Below, piece after piece: positions 1 to 8,938 of a DNA stretch of 40,810 bases. A model generated the notes under the pieces. The model saw nothing but the letters and a program-made list of their open reading frames with translations, had not been told where the DNA came from and ran no database searches. The stretch covers positions 1-40,810 of the forward strand of contig NZ_JAUCDN010000001.1 in NCBI RefSeq assembly GCF_034675085.1, read 5' to 3'. The first letter of the stretch is position 1. Every line of letters starts with the position of its first letter. The position numbers and the translations under genes are program-made. This stretch comes from Devosia sp. Lineage in GTDB: Bacteria; Pseudomonadota; Alphaproteobacteria; Rhizobiales; Devosiaceae.

Positions 1-978
1 GGCTCGATCGGCTCGGAGCTGACGCGCCTCATCGCCAAGTGGCGCCCCGCCAAGCTGGTGCTGCTGGAAGCCAACGAATTCGCGCTCTACCAGATCAACC
101 GGCAGTTGCGCAGCCTCGTCTCGGATCTGACCATCGTGCCGGTTCTGGGCTCGGTGACCGATGAATTGCTGGTGCGGCGCGCGCTGGTGGAACACGGGGT
201 CAAGGTGGTCTTCCATGCCGCTGCGCACAAGCATGTGCCGCTGGTGGAGGACAATCCGCTGGAAGGCATTCGCAACAATGTCTTCGGCACGGCCACCATC
301 ACCCGCCTGGCCTTTGAATGCGGCGTGGAAAACTTCGTTCTCATCTCCACCGACAAGGCCGTGCGCCCCAGCAACGTCATGGGCGCCACCAAGCGCTGGG
401 CCGAGCTGATCGTGCGCTATTACGGGCGCCTCGCCGAAGCCGAAGGCCGGGGCGCCAAATTCTGTGCGGTCCGCTTTGGCAACGTGCTCGGCTCCAATGG
501 GTCGGTGGTGCCTCTTTTCAAGGAGCAGCTTGCCCGTGGCGGCCCCATCACCCTTACCCATGAGGAGATGACGCGCTACTTCATGTCGATCCACGAGGCG
601 GCCGAACTGATCGTGCAGGCGGGTGGATTGTCGGAGGGCGGCGACATCTTCCTTCTGGAAATGGGCGAACCGGTTCGCATTCGCGACCTGGCCGAAAACA
701 TCATTCATCTGGCCGGCCTCAGCGTCCGGTCCGAAGCCAATCCGCAGGGCGACATCGCCATCGAGGTCATCGGGATGCGTCCGGCCGAAAAGCTGCATGA
801 GGAGCTTTTTTACGACCCCGACCAGGTCAAGCGCACCCGCCACAGCAAGATCCTGCGCGCCAAGCGCACCGAATGGAGCAATCTCGACATCGAGGCGGGC
901 CTCGCCCGGCTGGGCGAGGCGCTCGCCACCCAGGACGCCGATCAGGCCCGCGCCATCCTCTTCGAGCTGGCGCGCTAA
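1..978 (+). CDS. Nucleoside-diphosphate sugar epimerase/dehydratase, CapD/PglF family (Polysacc_synt_2), 5'-truncated by window edge
   Basis: Frame 1 is open from base 1 (GSIGSEL). Motifs HAAAHKHVP, ISTDKAVRPSNVMGATKR, VRFGNVLGSNGSVVP, MTRYFM, GMRPAEKLHEEL. Confidence 0.95.
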   Translation, partial: GSIGSELTRLIAKWRPAKLVLLEANEFALYQINRQLRSLVSDLTIVPVLGSVTDELLVRRALVEHGVKVVFHAAAHKHVPLVEDNPLEGIRNNVFGTATITRLAFECGVENFVLISTDKAVRPSNVMGATKRWAELIVRYYGRLAEAEGRGAKFCAVRFGNVLGSNGSVVPLFKEQLARGGPITLTHEEMTRYFMSIHEAAELIVQAGGLSEGGDIFLLEMGEPVRIRDLAENIIHLAGLSVRSEANPQGDIAIEVIGMRPAEKLHEELFYDPDQVKRTRHSKILRAKRTEWSNLDIEAGLARLGEALATQDADQARAILFELAR

Positions 979-979
979 C

Positions 980-2578
980 CTACCCCGCAGCCTGCCCCTC
1001 GCCGGGCTTGAGGTAGGCCGCGGCGGCCAGGATGCGCAGGCGCGAGCGGGTGGTGACGTAGCTGATGCGCTTGAGCGCCTGGGCCCAGGCCAGGCCCTGG
1101 TCGATCCGCTCGACGCTGGAGAGGCGGTGGGCCAGTTCCTGCAGCAACAAATGCTTGAAGGCGTCATAGGCGCTTTCCGCGCTCTTTTGCGCCGCCAGCG
1201 CGATCTCGGGCCGGTCCTCTCCTTCGGCGGGCAGGACCAGGCAGGCCAGGACCGCATCGACCAGCGCCTGCCGCAAGGGGCCGCCCAGCGCCGGATCGGG
1301 CGTTTCGGGGGGCAGGGCCAGCAATTCCTCGCCATGCTGAAGCGCCCGCACCAATTCGGGAATGGCGTGGGCCGCCGCATCGGAAAAAGGCTGCGCCGTC
1401 ATGGCGGTATCGACGAATCCCCGGATTTGCTCGAGCAGCAGCCTTATGCCGCGCCGGCGCGTCGCAGCCGGCCGCACCGGGCCGGCCTCGAGCCGGTCGC
1501 GGGCAAATTCCATGCTGAGGCGCAAGGCCCGGCGCGTCTCGTGATAAAGTCCAGATGCGGCCAGGTCGGGCACGCCGACAATGGTGGCATCGAGAAATTG
1601 CGGGCGCGCCAGCTCTTCCTCGGCCGAAACGAAAAGCCGGGAGATGACTTTGAACAGGAGCGGCGCCAGCGGCCAGATCAGCACCACGCCCATCAAATTG
1701 AGCAGGGTGTGGAACGCCGCCAGCACCAGAACGCCATCGGCCGGAAGGCCGGCCCATTTCAGCCCTTCGGCGCAGACCCACAGATAAAGCGGCAGCATGC
1801 AGAAGGCGGCAAGGGCGGCGATGAGGCTGAACAGCACTTCCGAGAGCGCCGTGCGCCGCGCTGCCGCCGTCGCGCCCATGGCGGCGATGACCGCCGGCGA
1901 GGTCATGCCGATATTGGCGCCCACGATGATCGCGGCGGCCGGGGCCAGCGCGATGGCGCCGCCGGAAAGGGCAGTGAGGGTAATGGCCAGGGTGGCGCTG
2001 GCCGATTGCGTCATCAGCGTGAGCACGATGCCCGCGACCATGAAGACGACGAGCCCGACCACGCTGTTTTCGTCCACCCCGATCGCCTCGGCGGAAAAGC
2101 CAAAGCCGGCAAAGGCCGATTGCAGAATGCCGATGCCCATGAAAAAGGCGCCGAACCCGGCCGCCGCCCGCCCCAGCCCCGCCAGGCGCGGCCTGTCGCC
2201 GGAAAACAGCTGCACCAGCATGCCCAGCCCGATCAGCGGCAGCCCGAACCCGGTCATGCTGAAGCGCACCCCGGCGATGGCCACCAGCCAGCCCGTGGTG
2301 GTGGTGCCCACATGGGCGCCGAACACCACCCACACCGCCTGTTGCAGGCTGAGAAAGCCGGCATTGACGAAGCCGAGCATGGAGACGCTGGTGGCCGAGG
2401 ACGATTGCACGATGGCGGTGATGACCGCCCCGGCGACGAGCCCGCGCCCGGCCGTGCGGGTCCAGCGCCCGAGGATGGATTTCAGCGTCGGCCCGGCGGC
2501 CAGCCGCAAGCCGTCGGTCATCATGCTCATGCCGAGCAGGAAAAGGCCGATGCCGCCCAGAAAAGCCGCTATGTCCAC
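980..2578 (-). CDS. Na/Pi cotransporter family protein
   Basis: GGIGLFLLGM start, two QSSSAT/QSASAT repeats, GAHVGTT and GANIGMT motifs. GTG start with upstream GAGGG. Confidence 0.9.
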   Translation of the reverse strand: MDIAAFLGGIGLFLLGMSMMTDGLRLAAGPTLKSILGRWTRTAGRGLVAGAVITAIVQSSSATSVSMLGFVNAGFLSLQQAVWVVFGAHVGTTTTGWLVAIAGVRFSMTGFGLPLIGLGMLVQLFSGDRPRLAGLGRAAAGFGAFFMGIGILQSAFAGFGFSAEAIGVDENSVVGLVVFMVAGIVLTLMTQSASATLAITLTALSGGAIALAPAAAIIVGANIGMTSPAVIAAMGATAAARRTALSEVLFSLIAALAAFCMLPLYLWVCAEGLKWAGLPADGVLVLAAFHTLLNLMGVVLIWPLAPLLFKVISRLFVSAEEELARPQFLDATIVGVPDLAASGLYHETRRALRLSMEFARDRLEAGPVRPAATRRRGIRLLLEQIRGFVDTAMTAQPFSDAAAHAIPELVRALQHGEELLALPPETPDPALGGPLRQALVDAVLACLVLPAEGEDRPEIALAAQKSAESAYDAFKHLLLQELAHRLSSVERIDQGLAWAQALKRISYVTTRSRLRILAAAAYLKPGEGQAAG

Positions 2579-2602
2579 GCGCCCCCCTCGTCCCCCGCCA
2601 TT

Positions 2603-3448
2603 TCAGCGCGCCGCTATCAGAACATCGCAGGCCGCCGCCGACAAGACGGCGCGCGCCACGCTGCCCAGCAGCATCTGCGCGGCCGCGTCGCGCCCATGTG
2701 TGCCCAGAGCCACCAGATCGACCCGCCGGCTGCGCGCCCGCCGCAGCAGCACCGCGCGGGCGCTGCCGTGCACCAGCCGCAGCCGCAGGGGCTCGACGCC
2801 GGCAAAGGCGATTTCGAGCCGCTCGCGCGCGCCCGCCAGCCGCGCCTGGCGATAGCGCGCGATACCGGGCTCGGGGGTGCCGGCGCGCCGCAGCGCCTGC
2901 TCGAAGGAAAGCGGGATGTCCACCACATGCAGATGCTCGAACACCGCCTCCGGCGCCAGCGCCCGAGCGGCTTGCGCGGCCGAAAGCGATTGCGGGGACA
3001 GATCGGCGGCAACGACCACCTGGCGATAGGGCCCTTGCGCCGGGCGCCGCACGACCAGCACCGGAACGGTGGCTTCGCGCACCAGCCGATCGGCGGTGGA
3101 ACCGAAAATCTTCTCGCGCAAGGTGCGTGGCCGGCCGGGGCCGATGACGAGGAGCCCGGCCTTTTCCATGGCGATCAAACCCGACAGCACCTCGAAGGGC
3201 CGGCCCCAGGCAATGCGGATGTCAGCTGCAAGGCCGCCGGCCAGCTCGGCCAGCCGCGCCGCCGCCGCCTCTTGCAAAAGGCTGGCGGCACCTTCCAGGT
3301 CGAGCCCTTCGGCCTCCGCCGCGGGCGGCGCCTCCAGCACATGCACCAGCACCAGCCGGGCGCCGTGCTGCCCGGCCAACTGGCCCGCCCGCGCCAGCAC
3401 CGGCCCATCGGTACCATCCAGCGCCAGCCCGGCAATGATCGTCTCCAT
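2603..3448 (-). CDS. Universal stress protein (tandem USP domains)
   Basis: ATG at 3448 with GGAGG RBS. Two USP motifs: FGSTADRLVREATVPVLVV and LGSVARAVLSAAACDVLI. Confidence 0.9.
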   Translation of the reverse strand: METIIAGLALDGTDGPVLARAGQLAGQHGARLVLVHVLEAPPAAEAEGLDLEGAASLLQEAAAARLAELAGGLAADIRIAWGRPFEVLSGLIAMEKAGLLVIGPGRPRTLREKIFGSTADRLVREATVPVLVVRRPAQGPYRQVVVAADLSPQSLSAAQAARALAPEAVFEHLHVVDIPLSFEQALRRAGTPEPGIARYRQARLAGARERLEIAFAGVEPLRLRLVHGSARAVLLRRARSRRVDLVALGTHGRDAAAQMLLGSVARAVLSAAACDVLIAAR

Positions 3449-3470
3449 AGCCCCTCCGCGCAACCGCGCC

Positions 3471-3503
3471 AAAGAAAAACCCCGGCCTCCAGGGGAGGCG
3501 GGG
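3471..3503 (-). terminator. Rho-independent terminator-like hairpin downstream of the displaced tRNA 3' fragment
   Basis: Minus strand reads CCCCGCCTCC-CCT-GGAGGCCGGGG followed by TTTTTCTTT. Confidence 0.7.
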
Positions 3504-3531
3504 CCGATATATAGCCTGTTTTGCGGGAGAA

Positions 3532-3553
3532 TGATTGCGGGGGCAGGATTTGA
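3532..3553 (-). repeat. att-like direct repeat: degenerate copy of the tRNA-fMet 3' end
   Basis: tgattgcgggggcaggatttga versus tggttgcgggagcaggatttga at 23997-24018: 20/22 identical, same orientation, spans T-loop to CCA. Confidence 0.85.
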
Positions 3554-3667
3554 CGGTTTCGGCAGCCCTGTCCACGACGCGCTGTTCCAGCCAGGGCGCC
3601 TTGGCCGCCAGATGCCGAAGCTCACCGGCAACGAACTCGGCCGGCGCTCCGCTTTTCGAGTGAAACG

Positions 3668-4609
3668 CTAAAGGTCGAACACCAGCCGCAAGCCGGTGTG
3701 GCCGGTGGTGGAATCAGGCGTGTTGCCCATGCGCGCAGCGATGCGATAGCGATGGCAATAGCTGGCGTGACACAGGTAGGAGCCGCCTTTGAGCAATTTG
3801 CGGCCGTCGCCGGCACCATTGGCGCGGCGCCCCGATTCGCGCAGCGAAAACACGCGATAGGGCTCGGCGCTCCATTCCCAGCAATTGCCGGACATGGCGA
3901 ACAGGCCGTAGCCATTGGGCGCAAAGCAGCGGGCCGGCGCCAGGCCGAAATAGCCGTCCAGGGCGAGGTTGCGATAAGGGAATGCGCCCTGCCAGATGTT
4001 GCACGGCATGAAACTGGTATCGTCGGGCGCCCGGTCGCCCCACGGATAGATCGGGTCGGGCAGCCCGCCGCGGGCCGCGTGTTCCCATTCCGCTTCGCTG
4101 GGCAATCGCCCTCCCGCCCAGGCGGCGAAGGCCCGGGCATCGTTCCAGGAGACGTGAACGACCGGATATTCCTGCCTTCCATCCAGGCTGGAGGTGGGGC
4201 CGAAGGGCGTTTTCCAGCTGGCGCCCTCGACATTGCGCCACCATTCCGCACCCACCACCCCGGCCGTGGCCGCTACGCCGCTCACTTCGGCGTAGAACAC
4301 ATAGGACCAGCCGAAACGCTCCGCTTCCGTGACATAGCCGGTTGCGGCGACGAATTGGCCGAATTGGTCATTGGTGACCGTGGTCACGCTCATTCGAAAT
4401 GGCGCGATGCGCTGCCGGCGCGGGGGCCCCTCCCCATCATTGCCGTGCAACGGCGTCGCCGTGCCAACCCAGACATCGCCCCCCGGGATCGGCACGGTCT
4501 CGATGGCGAGACCGGCGCCACGCCCTGGCGTGGCCGGCGCGGCCGGCGGCGTTGCCGGACCGCGCGCCGGGGCGGAACAACACGAGATCGGGCCGGACCG
4601 GGCGCTCAC
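3668..4609 (-). CDS. Formylglycine-generating enzyme (sulfatase-modifying factor, SUMF1 family)
   Basis: PVVHVSWNDA, RLPSEAEWE, NGYGL.MSGNCWEW, GGSYLCHASYCHRYR with both catalytic Cys, and N-terminal CC. GTG start inferred from GTGA overlap with the upstream stop. Confidence 0.9.
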   Translation of the reverse strand: MSARSGPISCCSAPARGPATPPAAPATPGRGAGLAIETVPIPGGDVWVGTATPLHGNDGEGPPRRQRIAPFRMSVTTVTNDQFGQFVAATGYVTEAERFGWSYVFYAEVSGVAATAGVVGAEWWRNVEGASWKTPFGPTSSLDGRQEYPVVHVSWNDARAFAAWAGGRLPSEAEWEHAARGGLPDPIYPWGDRAPDDTSFMPCNIWQGAFPYRNLALDGYFGLAPARCFAPNGYGLFAMSGNCWEWSAEPYRVFSLRESGRRANGAGDGRKLLKGGSYLCHASYCHRYRIAARMGNTPDSTTGHTGLRLVFDL

Positions 4610-5661
4610 AGTGCCAGGCCGGTTTCCCGGTCGAACAGATGATGTTTGCCGGCCGTGGGAACAAGGCGAACCGTGTCTCCCGGCGCGAGAAGCAGGCGCT
4701 GCTTGACGCTGGCCTGAACCTCGCCGCCACCGCATTCGCAGGAGAGCAGCGTTTCGGCGCCGGTCGGCTCCACCAGCGTCACCCTGGCGGTGAGCGCATC
4801 GGCGGCATCGGACGTCACCAGATCCTCGGGGCGAATCCCGAAATCGATGGCCTGCCCCGCGGGCAGTTGATGCGGCACGCGCAAATGCTGCCCATCGGCC
4901 AGGGCAATGATGTTGTCGGCCATGGCGGTGGCCGGCAGGACATTCATGGCGGGCGAGCCGATGAAGGTCGCGACGAAGCGATTGGCCGGCCTGTCGTAAA
5001 GCTCAAGCGGAGTGCCGATCTGGGAGATATGGCCGGCATCCATGACGATGATCTTGTCGGCCATGGTCATGGCTTCGATCTGGTCATGGGTAACGTAAAC
5101 GATGGTGGTCCGCAGCTTCTGGTGCAGCGCCTTGATCTCGGCACGCATTTTGACGCGCAGCTTGGCATCGAGATTGGAAAGCGGCTCGTCGAACAGGAAC
5201 ACCGCCGGGTCGCGTACGATGGCGCGCCCCATGGCGACGCGCTGGCGCTGGCCTCCCGAAAGCTGGCTGGGGGTGCGGGCAAGCAGATCATTGAGGCCCA
5301 GAATATCGGCGGCGGCATTGACCTTGGCGTCGATCTCCGCCTTCGGCACCTTTTTGAGCCGCAGCGAGAAGCCCATATTCTGCGCCACCGTCATATGCGG
5401 GTAGAGTGCATAGTTTTGGAATACCATGGCGATATTGCGATCCTTGGGAGCCAGATCGTTGACCACCTGCCCGGCGATCTTGATCTGGCCGCCGCTGATA
5501 TCCTCCAGCCCGGCAATCATGCGCAGCAGGGTGGATTTGCCGCACCCGGACGGTCCCACCAGCACGGCAAATTCGCCCTTGGCGATATGGGCGTCGATAC
5601 CATGGATGACATGGTGCGCCCCGTAGGATTTCACGATGGCTTCAATATCAATATGCGACAT
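4606..5661 (-). CDS. Carbohydrate ABC transporter ATP-binding protein (MalK/UgpC type)
   Basis: GPSGCGKST, VFQNYALYPHM, LSGGQRQR, DEPLSNLDAKLR, C-terminal TOBE-like region. ATG at 5661 (MSHIDIE). Confidence 0.95.
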   Translation of the reverse strand: MSHIDIEAIVKSYGAHHVIHGIDAHIAKGEFAVLVGPSGCGKSTLLRMIAGLEDISGGQIKIAGQVVNDLAPKDRNIAMVFQNYALYPHMTVAQNMGFSLRLKKVPKAEIDAKVNAAADILGLNDLLARTPSQLSGGQRQRVAMGRAIVRDPAVFLFDEPLSNLDAKLRVKMRAEIKALHQKLRTTIVYVTHDQIEAMTMADKIIVMDAGHISQIGTPLELYDRPANRFVATFIGSPAMNVLPATAMADNIIALADGQHLRVPHQLPAGQAIDFGIRPEDLVTSDAADALTARVTLVEPTGAETLLSCECGGGEVQASVKQRLLLAPGDTVRLVPTAGKHHLFDRETGLAL

Positions 5662-5738
5662 GGCACGCCCATTTTCTGTGGCTTGGACCGGCTTGCGCCA
5701 TGGCCTCGACGCCGGATGCAGATGACGACAGCACGGCT

Positions 5739-6773
5739 TCACGCACTGTCGCGGTTAAACAAGACCCAGGGCACGGTGAATTGCCGGGGCGCGATCACGC
5801 CACGGCTTTCGACCACCGACATGAAGTGCTCGGCCGCCTCGGTCAGCGACACCCATTCCGGACCGATGGTGGTCAGGCGCGGATTGGCGTAGTAGCCGGC
5901 CTCGGCGTTGCCGCAGCCGACCACGGCGATATCCTCCGGAACGCGCAGCCCCAGGCGTTTGAATTCTTCAACCATGGTGACGGCGGAAACGTCGGATTCC
6001 ACCAGAACCGCCGTGGGCGGCTTGGGCATGGCGGCGATCTCCCGAGCCACGCCGGCCGCCGCATCGCGCGACTGCGCGCCATCGACGATGCTCAGCGTAA
6101 TCGCCCCCGCCAGTTCCGCTTCCAGCCGCAATAGATGCTGGACCCGCGTATTGATGATCTTGCGCCGGTTTTTGACATAGATGAAATCGGTGTGACCCAG
6201 CGTCATCAGATGCGTCATGGCCTGTTGCAGCGCGGCAATGCGATAATGATTGACCACGGAATAGGATTTCGGCGTTGCCGAAGGGTGGATCACCAGGCAG
6301 GCGCGGTTCTGCCGGGCGAAGGGCTCGAACAGGTCTTCCACCTCGTCGGTCGAGAACAGTTCCGCGTCGGCGATGATCCCATCGGCCAGCCCCGATTCGA
6401 CCTCGCTGATAATCTTGCGGTAGCCCGCCATGTCATGGCCGGTCATCACCAGGGTCAACACGCCCCGGCTATTGGTGACGGCCTGAATGTCGCTGGTCAT
6501 CTTGTCGGCAAACGGAATGCCGAGCTTGGGCAGCAGCAGGCAGACCCGCTCAGTGCGTTGCCGGCGCAGGTGGCGGGCCGTCTTGTTGGGCACATAGCCC
6601 AATTGCTCGACGGCCTGGCGGATGCGCTCGCGCGCGCTCTGCCCCACGCGCAGGCTGTGTTCCTTGCGATCACTGAAATAATAGGAGACGGCCGCCGGCG
6701 ACACGCCCGCAATCAGCGCGACATCCGCCATGGTCGCGGCCTTGGCCTGCTCATTTTCCGGTTCCATCGCCAT
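5739..6773 (-). CDS. LacI family transcriptional regulator
   Basis: TMADVALIAGVSPAAVS HTH, LGYVPN, GLRVPEDIAVVG, PRLTTI. Exact start uncertain (6767-6776). Confidence 0.92.
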   Translation of the reverse strand: MAMEPENEQAKAATMADVALIAGVSPAAVSYYFSDRKEHSLRVGQSARERIRQAVEQLGYVPNKTARHLRRQRTERVCLLLPKLGIPFADKMTSDIQAVTNSRGVLTLVMTGHDMAGYRKIISEVESGLADGIIADAELFSTDEVEDLFEPFARQNRACLVIHPSATPKSYSVVNHYRIAALQQAMTHLMTLGHTDFIYVKNRRKIINTRVQHLLRLEAELAGAITLSIVDGAQSRDAAAGVAREIAAMPKPPTAVLVESDVSAVTMVEEFKRLGLRVPEDIAVVGCGNAEAGYYANPRLTTIGPEWVSLTEAAEHFMSVVESRGVIAPRQFTVPWVLFNRDSA

Positions 6774-6788
6774 CAAGGTCTCACGGTT

Positions 6789-8081
6789 TTATGGCGCATG
6801 TGCTCCCCGGATTTCCGGTCGGGGCTCGCCGGCGCCGATCAGGCGCGCGATCAACGACTCGCGCAATTCATCAAGCACCGGACGATAGTGGGGATCGGTG
6901 ACCAGATTGGTCAATTCATGCGGATCGGTCTCCAGGTCATAGAGGTGGGTTTCAACATAGCATGGACTGTTCATCGCCGCAGTGGCATCGGCCTCCGGGG
7001 CCCCGACCTCATATTTCCAGCGCCTCGTGCGCAGGGCGCGGCCCATATGGTCTTCGCTGATCTGTATGAACACCGAGTCGAAATAATCCTCGGGAGAGGC
7101 CAGCAGGGAAACGCCCTGCATGGCCTCGGGCACCGGGATGCCGGCGGCATCGAGCAGGGTCGGGGGCAGGTCGATCAGGCTGGCCAGCCCGTCGAACGCC
7201 CCCCTCCCCTCGAAGACCGGCCCGTAAAAGAAGGTGGGCACCCGGATCGAGGCCTCATGACAGGAGCGCTTGTATTCGCGGTTGCGGGTACGGAAATGGC
7301 AACCGTGATCGGAGGTGAACAGGATGATGGTATTGTCCAGCGCATCCAGGCTGATCAGGGCGTCGACCAGCCGCCCCAGCGCCTCGTCGAGCCGTTTTAT
7401 CATGCCCATATAGCCGGCATAATGCGGCTGGCTATTGCCCACCAGCGTGGCGAGATCCTCCGGGAATTCCAGCCTCGGCTCCAGGGCCTCGGCATAACCG
7501 ACCGGGGCGGGATAGGTGTCGGACTGGTTCTGGTGATGCGGCTCGAGGAAGGACAGGTAAAGAAAAGAGGGCTCGTCGCGCGGCGTGGCGATGTAGCGGA
7601 TCGCCGCATCGGTCAGCGCATCGACACGGTAGCCCGGCAGCTTCACCGCTTCATCGGCCTCGTCATAGACCACGGTATCATAGGCAAAGGAGGTGAATTC
7701 CAGAATATTGGAAGCCAGCCAGCTCTGATAGCCGCCACGCTCCTCCAGGCGCACCGGGTCGGCGCTGCCCAGGTGCCATTTGCCGATATAGCCGGTGTGG
7801 TAGCCGGCGGCGCGGAAATGATGCGCCAGGGTTTTCTCGTCCCGCGGCAATGGAATGGAATTGCTGAAGCAACCCGTGGTGGTGGGGTATTTTCCGGTCT
7901 GCATCGCCGAACGCGCCGGGCCGCAGACCGGCTGGCAGGTGAAGGAATGGGGCACGAACATGCCGGCCTGGGCCAGGCGATCGAAATTGGGCGTCACCTG
8001 CATCGGATTGCCGTGCAGCCCGACGCTGTCCCAGCGCTGCTGATCGGTAAAAAACACGATGACGTTGGGCTTGGCAGCCAT
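6789..8081 (-). CDS. Cys-type (formylglycine-dependent, S1) sulfatase, apparently cytoplasmic
   Basis: KPNVIVFFTDQQR, CGPARSAMQTG (CxPxR), GYIGKWHL, FTSDHG, LYDLETDPHE. No signal peptide. Alternative start at 8105 (ATGA overlap). Confidence 0.92.
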   Translation of the reverse strand: MAAKPNVIVFFTDQQRWDSVGLHGNPMQVTPNFDRLAQAGMFVPHSFTCQPVCGPARSAMQTGKYPTTTGCFSNSIPLPRDEKTLAHHFRAAGYHTGYIGKWHLGSADPVRLEERGGYQSWLASNILEFTSFAYDTVVYDEADEAVKLPGYRVDALTDAAIRYIATPRDEPSFLYLSFLEPHHQNQSDTYPAPVGYAEALEPRLEFPEDLATLVGNSQPHYAGYMGMIKRLDEALGRLVDALISLDALDNTIILFTSDHGCHFRTRNREYKRSCHEASIRVPTFFYGPVFEGRGAFDGLASLIDLPPTLLDAAGIPVPEAMQGVSLLASPEDYFDSVFIQISEDHMGRALRTRRWKYEVGAPEADATAAMNSPCYVETHLYDLETDPHELTNLVTDPHYRPVLDELRESLIARLIGAGEPRPEIRGAHAP

Positions 8082-8101
8082 TGCAGGAGGTCCTTTTTCC
8101 G

Positions 8102-8938
8102 TCATTTCATGCCGCTCATCATCACCGAGCGAACGAAATAGCGCTGCATGAACACAAAGATCAGGAAGCTGGGCAGGAACAGGATGAGGCCGCCTGCGGA
8201 GGTCAGGTTCCACTGGGTGAAGAATTCGGAGTTGAACAGCGCCAGGCCGGTGGTGATCGGGCGCATCTCCATCGTGGACACCACGATCAACGGCCAGAGA
8301 AACTCGTTGAACTGGAACACGAAGGTCAGCAGGCCCAGCGTGGCCAATGCCGGCTTGAGCTGCGGCAGCACGATTTCCCAATAGATCCGCAGATCGGAGG
8401 CGCCATCGATATAGGCGGCTTCGATCAGCTCGTTGGGGATGGGCAGAATGAACTGGCGCATCAGGAAGATGCCATAGGCGCTCATGGCGAAGGGCATGAT
8501 CAGCCCCTGATAGGTGTTGAGCCACCCCATTTCCGCGGTGAGGATATAAAGCGGGATCATGCGGATGAAGAACGGCAGCATCAGCGTCGACAGCAACGCG
8601 CCGAACAGCATGCGCTTGCCGAAGAAATGCATCTTGGCAAAGACGTAGGCCACCAGCGGATCGAACAGCAGATGCAGGATGGTGATGCCGCCCGCGACGA
8701 TGAAGCTGTTGAGCACGAAGCGGGCGAAGGGCGCCTTGTGCCAGATATCGACATAATTGGTGAATTGCAGCTCGGACGGGAACAGCACCGGCACGCCGCT
8801 ATACATTTCGGCGTCGCTCTGGAGCGACAGCGAGACCATGTAGAAAAACGGAAACAGGGCCACCAGCACGCAGATGGCCAGCACGCCATAAACCACGATC
8901 GGGTAGTCGACAGCCTTTTTGCGGGTTGCGACGGCCAT
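8102..8938 (-). CDS. Carbohydrate ABC transporter permease (MalG-like)
   Basis: EAA motif IPNELIEAAYIDGAS, hydrophobic helices, FNEFLWPL. Confidence 0.93.
   Translation of the reverse strand: MAVATRKKAVDYPIVVYGVLAICVLVALFPFFYMVSLSLQSDAEMYSGVPVLFPSELQFTNYVDIWHKAPFARFVLNSFIVAGGITILHLLFDPLVAYVFAKMHFFGKRMLFGALLSTLMLPFFIRMIPLYILTAEMGWLNTYQGLIMPFAMSAYGIFLMRQFILPIPNELIEAAYIDGASDLRIYWEIVLPQLKPALATLGLLTFVFQFNEFLWPLIVVSTMEMRPITTGLALFNSEFFTQWNLTSAGGLILFLPSFLIFVFMQRYFVRSVMMSGMK

Noticed and set aside
623-3514. 963-aa + strand ORF
   Set aside because: Antisense shadow of the Na/Pi and USP genes. Arg/Gly/His-rich with no family motifs, as expected in high-GC DNA.
6135-8141. 668-aa + strand ORF, and similar long ORFs at 17993-19681, 29945-32311 and 35112-37007
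   Set aside because: Each lies antisense to well-supported genes and shows no recognisable motifs.
6789-8525. 578-aa sulfatase with long N-terminal extension
   Set aside because: The extension overlaps the permease in another frame. Sulfatase motifs begin at KPNVIV, giving a start at 8081 or 8105.
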